Shown here: in pieces, positions 23,030-32,707 of the stretch
Numbering within the stretch: position 1 is the stretch's first letter
Layout of the letters: each line of letters starts with the position of its first letter
NCBI GenBank assembly: GCA_902617485.1
Contig: CACMXD010000001.1
Span: forward strand, 10,430-74,429
Direction of reading: 5' to 3'
DNA from: an uncultured Alphaproteobacteria bacterium
GTDB lineage: Bacteria > Pseudomonadota > Alphaproteobacteria > HIMB59
DNA: 64,000 bases
Notes under the pieces: generated by a model
Database searches by the model: none
The model's input: the letters and a program-made list of their open reading frames with translations, nothing else
What the model was told of the DNA's origin: nothing
Made by a program: the position numbers and the translations under genes

Positions 23030-23515
23030 ATGCCTTCTTTTGATGTTGTCTCGTCACCGGATATTCAAGAAATTGATAATGCCATCAATAATACAAAAAG
23101 AGAAGTTGATAATAGATTTGACTTTAAGAACACTAATTCAACAATCGAACGAAACGATTTTTCTATTACAATAGAGACAACGGACAATACTAAATTAACT
23201 CAATTTAATGATATTTTAAAAAATAATATTGTAAGAAGAAAAATAGATCCAAAATTTATACACCTAAAATCAACTGAAACAGCTTCTGGAAACAGGGTAA
23301 GACAATTTATTGATATTTTGAATGGAATATCAAAAGAGGACTCAAAAAAAATAACAAACCTTGTAAAATCTTCAAAAGCAAAAGTTCAAGCTTCAATTAA
23401 TGGAGATGAAGTAAGAATTACTGGAAAGAAAAGAGATGATCTACAATCAATGATCGAATTGTTAAAATCAAGTGATATTAAAATTCCTTTACAGTTTCAA
23501 AATTTTAGAGATTAA
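23030..23515 (+). CDS. yajQ: YajQ family cyclic-di-GMP/nucleotide-binding protein
   Basis: MPSFDVVS, RFDFK, VRITGKKRDDLQ, PLQFQNFRD. Confidence 0.93.
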   Translation: MPSFDVVSSPDIQEIDNAINNTKREVDNRFDFKNTNSTIERNDFSITIETTDNTKLTQFNDILKNNIVRRKIDPKFIHLKSTETASGNRVRQFIDILNGISKEDSKKITNLVKSSKAKVQASINGDEVRITGKKRDDLQSMIELLKSSDIKIPLQFQNFRD

Positions 23516-24023
23516 TCACTTCCATAGTCGTAAAGTCAATTAATCGCACAGTCGTAATTGTTTTTAAAAATTTAATACAATCCTCTGTTTTTACTTGAAT
23601 TGTTTTAGTGTTGTCTAGTGGGTGAAAATTGCATAATTCATGATCATTGATTTTTTTATCTAAGTAAAAACTTACATCCTTATCTACATTATTGATTAAA
23701 GAGTAGGGACTAACAGAACCTGGTTTGACTCCAAGTTTATCATATAAATATTCTGCACTTCCAAAAGAGAGATTTCCTTGGCACTGTATAGTGTTTTTGA
23801 TAATTTTTAGGTCTACTTCAGTGCTATCTAAGCATGAAAGTAAGAAAAAATTTCTCTTTTTGTCCCTCAAAAAAAGATTTTTTGTATGCGCACCTTGCAT
23901 ATTCAAATCCGATTTTAATTTGCTAGACTCTTCAACAGTAAAAAAAGCCTCGTGTTCAAAAAGTTTATATTCAACTTTTTGATCATTAAGTGCGGCTAAT
24001 AAACTTTTTGCTTCTAATTTCAT
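23505..24023 (-). CDS. ProXp-ala/PrdX-type aminoacyl-tRNA deacylase
   Basis: HEAFFTVEES, TKNLFLRDKK, LSFGS, LGVKPGSVSP, NFHPLDNTKT. Confidence 0.85.
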   Translation of the reverse strand: MKLEAKSLLAALNDQKVEYKLFEHEAFFTVEESSKLKSDLNMQGAHTKNLFLRDKKRNFFLLSCLDSTEVDLKIIKNTIQCQGNLSFGSAEYLYDKLGVKPGSVSPYSLINNVDKDVSFYLDKKINDHELCNFHPLDNTKTIQVKTEDCIKFLKTITTVRLIDFTTMEVINL

Positions 24024-24060
24024 TTTTATTTATAAAGTGTTATCTTATTTATATAAAAAT

Positions 24061-25143
24061 ATGAAAAAAAAAATTAATAGAAGAAATTTTATTAAAAAAG
24101 CTTCAATTCCTGTATTGGGTGCAGCTGCACTTTCTAGTTTTAATGTACACGCAAGCACCATAACAGAGTTGAATATGGTCACATCATGGCCAGAGAATTT
24201 CCCTGGTATAGGTTTAGGTGCAAACAGGTTGGCTCAGCGAATTGAGAACTTATCTAATAAAAGAATAAAAGTTAATGTTTACTCAGCTGGTGAATTTGTC
24301 CCACCTTTTGGAGTGTTTGATGCCGTATCATCTGGAACAGCTGATATATATCACTCAGCAGAGTTCTATTGGGGTGGAAAGAACAAAGCTTATCCTTTTT
24401 TTGCAGCAGTACCTTTTGGAATGACTGCCGAAGAATTTAACTCTTGGATATATTCAGGCAATGGTCAAGTACTATGGGATGAATTAGGTTCGAATTTTAA
24501 TATAAAACATTTTTTAGTCGGCAATACTGGATCTACATTATTTGGTTGGTTCAAAAGCGAATTAAATAGTCTTGAGGATGTTGCTAAACTCAAAATAAGA
24601 AGCCCAGGTATGGGAGGAGATCTATTAAAGACTATGGGGGCAACTTCTATAAATATACCAGGAGGTGAAATTCTTCAGTCTTTAGCAAGTGGTGCTATAG
24701 ACGCTGCAGACTGGTCCAATCCAGTTATGGACTTAGCTTTTGGTTTTTATAAAGTAACAAATTACTGTTATTATCCAGATTTTAAAAAACCTACAGTTTC
24801 TATTTCATTAGGAATGAATTTAGATAAATGGAACTCTTTTGATAATGAAGCTAAGAGCATCATCGAGTATGCTTGTCAGTCAGAAAATCAAGAAATGTTG
24901 TCTGATTTTATGTACAAAGAGGTTGTGGCTATAAATAAATTGAGGTCACTGGGTGTAGAATTCAGGCAACTACCTAATGATATTGTCATTGAAGCCAAAA
25001 AAAATATCAATGGTGTTTTAGATAATTATACAGATACCTCTCTTGGAAAAAAAATTAGAGATGATTATTTTCAATTTTTAGGTTTAAGAACTTCATATAA
25101 GGACTTTGATATTTCTAACTATTTGAATTTTAGAAAAATTTAA
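24061..25143 (+). CDS. TRAP transporter substrate-binding protein (TakP/DctP-like), Tat signal
   Basis: NRRNFIK, MVTSWP, FDAVSSG, VPFGMT, GNTG, GWF, LKIRSPGMGG, GAIDAADW. Confidence 0.9.
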   Translation: MKKKINRRNFIKKASIPVLGAAALSSFNVHASTITELNMVTSWPENFPGIGLGANRLAQRIENLSNKRIKVNVYSAGEFVPPFGVFDAVSSGTADIYHSAEFYWGGKNKAYPFFAAVPFGMTAEEFNSWIYSGNGQVLWDELGSNFNIKHFLVGNTGSTLFGWFKSELNSLEDVAKLKIRSPGMGGDLLKTMGATSINIPGGEILQSLASGAIDAADWSNPVMDLAFGFYKVTNYCYYPDFKKPTVSISLGMNLDKWNSFDNEAKSIIEYACQSENQEMLSDFMYKEVVAINKLRSLGVEFRQLPNDIVIEAKKNINGVLDNYTDTSLGKKIRDDYFQFLGLRTSYKDFDISNYLNFRKI

Positions 25144-25145
25144 TA

Positions 25146-25715
25146 GTGTGTGGAAGATATTCGCTTAATCTTAAAGATAATCACTCTTCTTTTAAGAGTG
25201 AAACTATAAATAACTTCAAATCAATATTTGATTATAAAAATGAAGATATTTGCCCTTCTAATAAAGCACCTATTGTCTTTACTCTAAACTCTAAATTTGT
25301 ATTTAAACAATCAAATTGGGGTTTGTCATTTGATTGGCTTCCGAAAGGAAAAACACTTTTCAATATTCGATCAGAGACAGTACACGAGAAATCTTTTAGT
25401 AATAGCCTCATTGCAAATAATCGCTGTTTGGTACCTTTTAGTAGTTATTTTGAATGGTTGAAAACCCAAGAATTGAAAGAAAAATATAAACTATTTACCA
25501 AAACTCCTGTCAGTTTTTTTGCAGGTGTATATAAATTAATAGAAGATACTGTTTATTATTCAATTTTAACTAAATCCTCTTTGGAAAATATAGAATTTAT
25601 TCACAATAGAAATCCAGTCATTATTAATAAAAATAATGTAAGAAAATGGTTTTCGGACAGTTATGAAGAACTACTAAGATCTTCAGATGTCATAAATTAT
25701 GAGTTATCAATATAG
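25146..25715 (+). CDS. SRAP domain abasic-site processing protein (YedK/HMCES family)
   Basis: MCGRY N-terminus, FNIRSET, RCLVP, FEW, IHNRNP. Confidence 0.85.
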   Translation: MCGRYSLNLKDNHSSFKSETINNFKSIFDYKNEDICPSNKAPIVFTLNSKFVFKQSNWGLSFDWLPKGKTLFNIRSETVHEKSFSNSLIANNRCLVPFSSYFEWLKTQELKEKYKLFTKTPVSFFAGVYKLIEDTVYYSILTKSSLENIEFIHNRNPVIINKNNVRKWFSDSYEELLRSSDVINYELSI

Positions 25716-25934
25716 TTATTTTCTAAATTTAAAGAAAGATAAAAGCTTTTCGATACCAGAAAAATGTTCTTCTAGTCTAGAATAAACTTTATCTATTTTG
25801 TTGATATGACCGTCTAGTCTTTCATAGAGGTTATCGATTTTCTTATCAAGTTTGTTTAGCTTACTGTTTAGCTGTTTTATGCTATCGGAGTCGCTTGATT
25901 TAGACTGCTTTTTTAACTTAATAACTTTGTTCAT
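25716..25934 (-). CDS. Small coiled-coil hypothetical protein
   Basis: 72 aa heptad-rich ORF filling the gap; abuts previous stop. Confidence 0.6.
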   Translation of the reverse strand: MNKVIKLKKQSKSSDSDSIKQLNSKLNKLDKKIDNLYERLDGHINKIDKVYSRLEEHFSGIEKLLSFFKFRK

Positions 25935-25986
25935 ACATAAAATATATTAAATTTCTGATTTGTTTGAAGTATGACAAAACAACGCT

Positions 25987-26790
25987 TTAGGTAAATCTTA
26001 AATCAACTTCAGGTATCCAGTTTTTAAGCTTTTCAATACGATTTTTGGGGGAAGGGTGCGTAGATAGAAACTCTGGTGGTGCGTTTCCTTTTTGAGCCTC
26101 AGCCATTCGCTGCCAGACTTTATATGACTCATGATTGTCGTATTTTGCCATAGTCATAAAGGCCAAGCCTAAATAATCAGCCTCCGATTCTTGTAATCTG
26201 TTAAATGGTAAAGATAGACCTAAATTTACTAAATAATCATCAGCTGAGGTACTCGAAAGGGCACCCTCTAAGGCAATATCCAAGATAGTAGTGCCAACAT
26301 TTATTGCTAATGCTTGACTGGCCCTTTCAACACTATGGCGAGCAACCGCATGAGCAATTTCATGACCCATTATTGAGGCCAAACCATCATTATTAGCAGC
26401 AACATCTAAGATACCTGTATAAAATGCTATTTTACCACCAGGCATACACCAAGCATTAAGTGTGTCCTTGTCATCAATTAAGATAAATTCCCAATTATAA
26501 TTTTTTATAGACTCTGATTGACCCATTTTTAAAAAATACTCTTCTACTGACTCTGTAACTCTGAGACCTACCTCTCTTACTGCTCTAAAATTTTGCCCAG
26601 ACTCTATTAAATTTTCTTGTTTTTTGACTTGTTCGTAGGCTTGAAGAGCTTGTTTGTTGATACTTTCATCTGAAATAATAGAGAGTTGTTTACGATTTGT
26701 AATTGCTACCTCAGTACAAGAAGGTAAAAATAAAGGCGCACAACATGCACATGATAATTTTTTAATAAAATCTCGTCTTTTAAGATTCAT
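25987..26790 (-). CDS. M48 family metallopeptidase (probable Tat lipoprotein)
   Basis: KRRDFIK, LPSC, NAWCMPGGK, HEIAH, ESEAD, FLSTHP. Confidence 0.92.
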   Translation of the reverse strand: MNLKRRDFIKKLSCACCAPLFLPSCTEVAITNRKQLSIISDESINKQALQAYEQVKKQENLIESGQNFRAVREVGLRVTESVEEYFLKMGQSESIKNYNWEFILIDDKDTLNAWCMPGGKIAFYTGILDVAANNDGLASIMGHEIAHAVARHSVERASQALAINVGTTILDIALEGALSSTSADDYLVNLGLSLPFNRLQESEADYLGLAFMTMAKYDNHESYKVWQRMAEAQKGNAPPEFLSTHPSPKNRIEKLKNWIPEVDLRFT

Positions 26791-26819
26791 GGTATTAATA
26801 TAATCAAAAAGATATTCTT

Positions 26820-27662
26820 ATGACAACCTGTTATATTAACGGAAAATATAAACCTCTAAATCAATCGTATGTCAGTGTAACAGATAGAGGATTTCAATTC
26901 TCTGATGGGGTTTATGAGGTTATTGCTGTATTTAAAGGTGAATTAGTAGATTTAAATCTTCATATAAATAGATTGTTTGTTTCTTTAAAAAAAATGAACA
27001 TGAAGATTAAATTCAATAGAAATCAAGTAATTAGTATCACCAATAAAATCAAAAAATTAAATACATTAAAAATGGGTATAATTTACATCCAAATTACAAG
27101 AGGTAATCAAAACCCAAGAGAACATAAATACCCTGATAAACTTAAGCCCAACATTGTAATTTACTCAATTAATAAAAACTTTGAATATTTAAATAAGTTA
27201 GCACTAAAAGGTGTAAAAGCATCTCTTTATCCAGATATAAGGTGGCATAGGTCAGATATTAAAAGTATTTCTCTATTAGGTAATGTTCTAGCAGCAAATT
27301 ATGCAAAAGAGAATAAATCACATGAAGCAGTATTATTTGATAATAGAAATATGATAACTGAGGGTAATTCCTCAAGTATTTGGATTATAAAAAAAAATAA
27401 ATGTATTACGCACCCACTTAACTTTAGAATTTTAAAAGGATGTACAAGGCATAAATTAATATCAATTTTAAAAAAAAATAAATTTAAATTTGAGGAAAAA
27501 AAATTTTCCATTAAATCCCTTCTTGATGCAGATGAAGCATTCATGACAAGTGCTACTAATTTTGTAATGCCCATTGTTAAAATTGATAAATTTACTATTT
27601 CAAACGGTAAGCCCGGTCTAAATACATTGAAGTTTCGTAATTTATTTATCAATGCAATATGA
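26820..27662 (+). CDS. dat: D-amino-acid transaminase (class IV PLP)
   Basis: DRGFQFSDGVYEV, YIQITRG, DIRW..SDIKS, TEGNSS, ILKGCTR, EAFMTSAT. Confidence 0.8.
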   Translation: MTTCYINGKYKPLNQSYVSVTDRGFQFSDGVYEVIAVFKGELVDLNLHINRLFVSLKKMNMKIKFNRNQVISITNKIKKLNTLKMGIIYIQITRGNQNPREHKYPDKLKPNIVIYSINKNFEYLNKLALKGVKASLYPDIRWHRSDIKSISLLGNVLAANYAKENKSHEAVLFDNRNMITEGNSSSIWIIKKNKCITHPLNFRILKGCTRHKLISILKKNKFKFEEKKFSIKSLLDADEAFMTSATNFVMPIVKIDKFTISNGKPGLNTLKFRNLFINAI

Positions 27663-28234
27663 TCTTTAGACTTTTTCTTTTTTTATCTTTGTTACCTATT
27701 ACAGCTTATGCAAAAATTAATACAATTTACCTAGCTGGTGGTTGTTTTTGGTGTGTTGAGGAGGTTTATGAAAAATTAAATGGTGTAATTGACGTTCAAT
27801 CTGGTTATTCAGGAGGTCATGTTGAAAATCCAACATATCAAGATGTTGTTAAAGGTGATACTGGACATATAGAAGTGGCTGAAATTATTTTTGACTCAGA
27901 TATTGTCAGTATAGACACAATAATTAGGACTTTTTTTGTAAACATTGATCCTTTTGATGGTGCTGGTCAATTTTGTGATAAAGGTTACTCTTATAAAAGT
28001 GCTCTTTTCAGCAATGACCAAATTGTTATAGATAAATTTAACTTTTACATAGATAAAATTCAGGAAAATCATAAACAGAAGGTAGAAACATTGATCTTAC
28101 CTTTTAAAAATTTTTATGTTGCAGAGGATTATCATCAGGATTATTACAAAAAAAATCCAATTAGATATACATATTACAAGTACAGTTGTGGAAGAGAGCA
28201 GAGGATTAAACAATTAAAAATTAATTTAGGATGA
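27659..28234 (+). CDS. msrA: Peptide methionine (S)-sulfoxide reductase with signal peptide
   Basis: AGGCFWC, SGYSGG, GQFCDKG, AEDYHQDYY, CGR. Confidence 0.92.
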   Translation: MIFRLFLFLSLLPITAYAKINTIYLAGGCFWCVEEVYEKLNGVIDVQSGYSGGHVENPTYQDVVKGDTGHIEVAEIIFDSDIVSIDTIIRTFFVNIDPFDGAGQFCDKGYSYKSALFSNDQIVIDKFNFYIDKIQENHKQKVETLILPFKNFYVAEDYHQDYYKKNPIRYTYYKYSCGREQRIKQLKINLG

Positions 28235-28890
28235 TTAAACTCTTATTATTATTTTCAATTGTAGCTATATGTATCTTTGTTTTCTTTGGTAATCAATTAT
28301 CGTCTCGTTATAAAAAATATTTAATTATTTCATTAATAATAATTTTAGGATGTTTTTTAATTTTTTCAGGAAAATTAAATTTTCTACCTGTTGCCTTAGC
28401 TCCTGCTTTACTTTTTTTTCGAAGGATCTCATCATTATTAACTATATTAAACTTGTTTTCGCGATCTTCTTTTGGAAGTAAGTTTAAACCAAAAATTAAT
28501 ACGAAGTATTTACAAATTGAAATTGTATTACAATCACGTCAAGCTACAATTCATATTATAGAGGGTGTTTTTAAAGGCCGTTCTTTTTCCTCTCTATCTC
28601 AAAATGAGGTATCGAAGCTCTTAGAGGAACTAAAAATAAATGATCCACGTGGATTTAATATTTTAAATGTAATTATTAGTCAAAATAAACAATCTACATC
28701 TTCTTCAGACAAGTCTCAAATGACAGAAGAGGAGGCCTTATCTGTTTTAGGACTAAAAAAAGGTGCTTCAGATGAGGATATTAAAAAATCATATTATGAT
28801 TTAATGAAAAAGTTTCATCCTGACAAAGATGGAAATAATTATCTATCAAATTTAATAACAGAAGCAAAAAATAAACTCTTAAATAACTAA
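28231..28890 (+). CDS. Membrane-anchored C-terminal J-domain protein
   Basis: N-terminal TM helices; MTEEEALSVLGL...KKFHPD. Confidence 0.8.
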   Translation: MIKLLLLFSIVAICIFVFFGNQLSSRYKKYLIISLIIILGCFLIFSGKLNFLPVALAPALLFFRRISSLLTILNLFSRSSFGSKFKPKINTKYLQIEIVLQSRQATIHIIEGVFKGRSFSSLSQNEVSKLLEELKINDPRGFNILNVIISQNKQSTSSSDKSQMTEEEALSVLGLKKGASDEDIKKSYYDLMKKFHPDKDGNNYLSNLITEAKNKLLNN

Positions 28891-28971
28891 ATTTAATCCA
28901 TGAGTTGAATAGGGGTGTTAGATATGTATTTTCCTATCATCAAAAGTGACTTCTATTATGGTCGTAAAGAC

Positions 28972-29256
28972 TTAACCCATAAAGTAATTGCTTATTTGCG
29001 CTAAAGGTGTAGTGGATGAAACATCTGCTCCCGCAGCTTCTCTGATAGCCACAATATCCTCTCTTTCGCCAAATGACTTGATGAATGATGGATCTTTCAT
29101 TTCGACTAATACATAGACTGCACTCTCTTCATCATTACATCCAGCCCAAAGGATTTTAGAGCCAACTTCATTCATTTTTGGCTCCAAACCTTTAGCCATT
29201 TCAGACCAAGTTTCCCATCCTTTTGAAATATTAATTGTAACAAGCATATTTACCAT
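28972..29256 (-). CDS. Small hypothetical protein (DUF3764-like alpha+beta barrel)
   Basis: 94 aa, aggaga SD, acidic composition, C-terminal REAAGADVSST. Confidence 0.6.
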   Translation of the reverse strand: MVNMLVTINISKGWETWSEMAKGLEPKMNEVGSKILWAGCNDEESAVYVLVEMKDPSFIKSFGEREDIVAIREAAGADVSSTTPLAQISNYFMG

Positions 29257-29335
29257 TCTATATCTCCTAATGTAAATTTTCTTTTAATTGTAATCAAAAT
29301 TATAACTTGAATTAAAGTTAATCTATAAAAAAAGT

Positions 29336-29355
29336 TGTAGACTACAGTGTAGACT
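29336..29355. repeat. tgtagact direct repeat (12-bp period)
   Basis: tgtagact-acag-tgtagact, with tgtag/ctaca dyad, upstream of typA. Confidence 0.6.
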
Positions 29356-29406
29356 GAAAAACTAATAGTCTATAAAATAATATCAAATCATAAGACAATT
29401 ATCCCA

Positions 29407-31224
29407 ATGAATGACATAAAGAATCTTGCAATTATTGCTCATGTTGATCATGGGAAAACTACTCTTATTGATAATTTATTGAAGCAATGTGGAATTTTTA
29501 GAGATAATCAAGAAATATCCGAAAGAATTATGGATTCTAATGATTTAGAAAAAGAGAGAGGTATTACTATTTTAGCAAAGCCTACTTCTATAATTTTTAA
29601 AGATACTCGAATAAATATAATCGATACACCTGGACATGCAGATTTTGGTGGTGAAGTAGAACGTGTCTTATCAATGGTTGATGGTGTTATCTTACTTATT
29701 GACTCTTCAGAAGGTCCAATGCCTCAGACAAAATTTGTTCTAGGAAAAGCTTTAAAACAAGGACTTAAACCGATAGTAGTAATCAATAAGATCGATAAAT
29801 CTGATTCAAGACCAGACGATGTGTTAAACGAAGTTTTTGATTTATTTGTCTCTCTTGATGCAAATACTCAACAATTAGATTTTCCAGTTTTATACGCATC
29901 AGGAAGAAGTGGATGGTGTGTTAATGATTTATCAGATGATAGATCCAGCCTAACACCTCTGCTAAATAAAATTATTAGTCATGTGCCATCGCCAGATGTT
30001 GATAATACCAGACCTTTTGCAATGCTATCAACACTTTTAGACTATGATCCATACTTAGGAAGATGTCTAATTGGAAGAGTAGAGCAGGGATCTGCAAAAA
30101 TAAACGACAGCGTTCATGCTTTAAACTTATCAGGTAAAATCATTGAAACTGGAAGACTTACTAAACTTTTAAAATTTGAGGGAACCAAAAAAATAACTGT
30201 CAACTCAGTGAATACTGGAGACATAGTTTGCATAGCAGGTTTGTCAATTACATCAGTATCAGACACCATTTGTTCAACTGATATAGAAACACCTATAAAA
30301 TCTACACCAATAGATCCTCCTACTATGTCAATAAACATTATGGTTAATGACTCCCCATTAGCTGGGACTGAAGGGAAAAAAGTAACATCAACTTTAATAA
30401 GAAATAGATTAATAGCTGAGGCTGAGACAAACGTTGCTATTACCTTCTCAGAAAATCAAAATAAAGATTTATTTGAAATTGGTGGAAGAGGTGAATTGCA
30501 ATTAGGTGTTTTAATAGAAACGATGAGACGAGAGGGTTTTGAATTATCTCTTTCTAGACCTAAAGTGGTTTTCAAAGATATAGAGGGGACAAAGTGTGAA
30601 CCCTATGAAGAGGTAACGATAGATGTAGATGAAGAGTTTTCTAGTATAGTTATTGATAACATGAATCAAAGAAAAGCTGATATGTTAGACATGAGAAAAT
30701 CTGGAATTGATAAAACAAGGTTATTATTTATTGCGCCCTCTAGAGGACTAATTGGCTATCAAAGTAAGTTTTTAACAGACACAAGAGGAACTGGTGTATT
30801 AAATAGAGTGTTTCACTCTTATAAACCATTTAAAGGGGAGATTACAGAGAGAAGGGCAGGCGCGTTAATTTCCACAGGAAACGGTAAAGCAATAGCTTAT
30901 GCTATTTGGAAGCTTCAAGATAGAGGTGTAATGTTTGTTAAACACCAAACACCTGTTTATCAAGGTATGGTAGTCGGTGAGCATACTAGAGATAATGATT
31001 TAGAGATAAATGTTCTAAAAGGAAAACAACTAACTAATGTCAGAGCATCTGGGTCTGATGAGGCCGTAAATTTAACTGCTCCTAGGATTATGTCACTTGA
31101 GGAAATGATGACCTACATCAATTCTGACGAATTATTGGAGGTTACTCCTAAAAACTTAAGACTAAGAAAAAGGTATCTTGATCCAAACGAGAGAAAAAAA
31201 TTTTCAAAAGTTGGAAATCTATAA
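29407..31224 (+). CDS. typA: Translational GTPase TypA/BipA
   Basis: AHVDHGKTT, ERGITI, DTPGHADFGGEVER, NKID, GRGELQL, KQLTNVRASG, LEVTP. Confidence 0.97.
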   Translation: MNDIKNLAIIAHVDHGKTTLIDNLLKQCGIFRDNQEISERIMDSNDLEKERGITILAKPTSIIFKDTRINIIDTPGHADFGGEVERVLSMVDGVILLIDSSEGPMPQTKFVLGKALKQGLKPIVVINKIDKSDSRPDDVLNEVFDLFVSLDANTQQLDFPVLYASGRSGWCVNDLSDDRSSLTPLLNKIISHVPSPDVDNTRPFAMLSTLLDYDPYLGRCLIGRVEQGSAKINDSVHALNLSGKIIETGRLTKLLKFEGTKKITVNSVNTGDIVCIAGLSITSVSDTICSTDIETPIKSTPIDPPTMSINIMVNDSPLAGTEGKKVTSTLIRNRLIAEAETNVAITFSENQNKDLFEIGGRGELQLGVLIETMRREGFELSLSRPKVVFKDIEGTKCEPYEEVTIDVDEEFSSIVIDNMNQRKADMLDMRKSGIDKTRLLFIAPSRGLIGYQSKFLTDTRGTGVLNRVFHSYKPFKGEITERRAGALISTGNGKAIAYAIWKLQDRGVMFVKHQTPVYQGMVVGEHTRDNDLEINVLKGKQLTNVRASGSDEAVNLTAPRIMSLEEMMTYINSDELLEVTPKNLRLRKRYLDPNERKKFSKVGNL

Positions 31225-31745
31225 ATTTTATTATAATTTATATTAAATATTTATAATAAAATACTGTATTTACATACTAATTTTACATTTATTATATATT
31301 ATATCTAGAAAGAAAAAAACAAATAATCTGACTAAATGAAAAATAAAATAAATATAAAATGACTTATCAAGAATAAATATTGAAAATTAATTTGATTTTG
31401 AAGGAATTAAATAAATATTCATACATTTTATCTAATTAAATAGCAAATTAGAGCACTAAATTAAGTGATAGTTAACATTACTTTCCAATAAAACTATCAA
31501 AACAGTTACTCAAATCTGTGATTTCAAAAAAACTATTAAAAAGCATTAAAATTGGACAATTTTAGGTAAAAAAACTTATGTAAATTGCGACACTCACAAA
31601 ATTTTTGAAATATTTGGATTTTGAGTTGGAACATTATCAATATTTTTTTTAGTAAATCAATAGTCAAATACATAAAATTACTAAGGGATTTATACTTAAT
31701 AAAATTTCAATATACCTAAAAACGCAAAAAAATTGAAAATAGACA

Positions 31746-32339
31746 TTATTTTAAAAGCCATTTTATGGCATCTTCACATCTGTCGTCTCCCCAAAAAACC
31801 TCATTTTCAACGATAAATGTGGGACTTCCAAAAATGCCTTTAATTTTAGCCATTTCTGTGTTTTTTAAATATTTTTGTTCAATTTCGTCTGTTTGAGCTT
31901 TTTTTATTAAACTATCTGAATCAAGTCCAATTTCTTTAAGAGTAGAACTCAGATTTGGCTCTGATCCAGGCTCCAAATGGTCTAAAAACCACTTTTTATA
32001 GGTTAAAATAGTATATTCTTTGATCCACCCTTGATCTTTTCCCAAAATTGCAACTTTGTTAGCTAAATCGAACTCTTTAAGTGGGTAGGGAGCAGGAACT
32101 TTTGCATCAAATCCATAGAAGTTAGCTCTTCTCTGAACATCCCGCCACATATAATCAATCTTATCTCTTTTTTTTTCAGCCATAAAAGGGACATTCTCCA
32201 TTTCAATCATTCTTGATCTCACACTGAAAGGACACCATTCAAATACAACTTCATTTTCAGTCTCTATCTGCGCTAATCTTTGCGTGGAGAGGTAAGTATA
32301 TGTACTACCAATTGAGTACCAGAATTCAATTTTTCTCAT
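31746..32339 (-). CDS. 2-hydroxychromene-2-carboxylate isomerase/kappa-GST (DsbA-like)
   Basis: FWYSIGSTYTY, YMWRDVQR, GIFGSPTF, FWGDDR. Confidence 0.85.
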   Translation of the reverse strand: MRKIEFWYSIGSTYTYLSTQRLAQIETENEVVFEWCPFSVRSRMIEMENVPFMAEKKRDKIDYMWRDVQRRANFYGFDAKVPAPYPLKEFDLANKVAILGKDQGWIKEYTILTYKKWFLDHLEPGSEPNLSSTLKEIGLDSDSLIKKAQTDEIEQKYLKNTEMAKIKGIFGSPTFIVENEVFWGDDRCEDAIKWLLK

Positions 32340-32420
32340 AGGTTCTACCTTAACTGAAATAATTAGAATTATTATTAAAAATAAGTGATCTGGTCACATC
32401 TGTCGCATGTATAAAAGGCC

Positions 32421-32693
32421 ATGAAAAACATGTTTATGCAAATTTACAGTGGAGTCATGGACGCTGACTGGAATCCTCTAAGAAAAATACCTAGTGTGGC
32501 CCTTAGACACCTAATTATGCAACTTTTAGCATGGATGTGGTGTATAATTTTTTCACTATATTTTGGCTCTTTTTTGATTTTTGGCATCACAGCTAGCGCA
32601 CATTTTCTTCTTATTTTTGGAACTTTTATGACTGCGGCTACTTTTGCAACTGCTCCAAAAATTGTAAAATCTAAGTATAAAAACAGTAAATAA
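32421..32693 (+). CDS. Conserved marine small membrane protein of unknown function
   Basis: NPLRKIP..RHLIMQLLAWMWCIIFS motif, 2 TM helices. Confidence 0.7.
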   Translation: MKNMFMQIYSGVMDADWNPLRKIPSVALRHLIMQLLAWMWCIIFSLYFGSFLIFGITASAHFLLIFGTFMTAATFATAPKIVKSKYKNSK

Positions 32694-32707
32694 TATACTG
32701 TTTTTAC

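Noticed and set aside
31336-31410. Short frame with four in-frame TGA codons (recoding or alternative genetic code)
   Set aside because: Only 24 codons, ends at TAA, many further stops, no SECIS-like hairpin; TGA is a normal stop elsewhere in the window.
31225-31745. Replication origin in the long AT-rich gap
   Set aside because: No DnaA boxes (TTATCCACA-like) recognised and no typical oriC-flanking genes.
32384-32398. CRP/FNR-like box agtgatctggtcaca
   Set aside because: Half-site spacing is 5 nt rather than 6; insufficient support.
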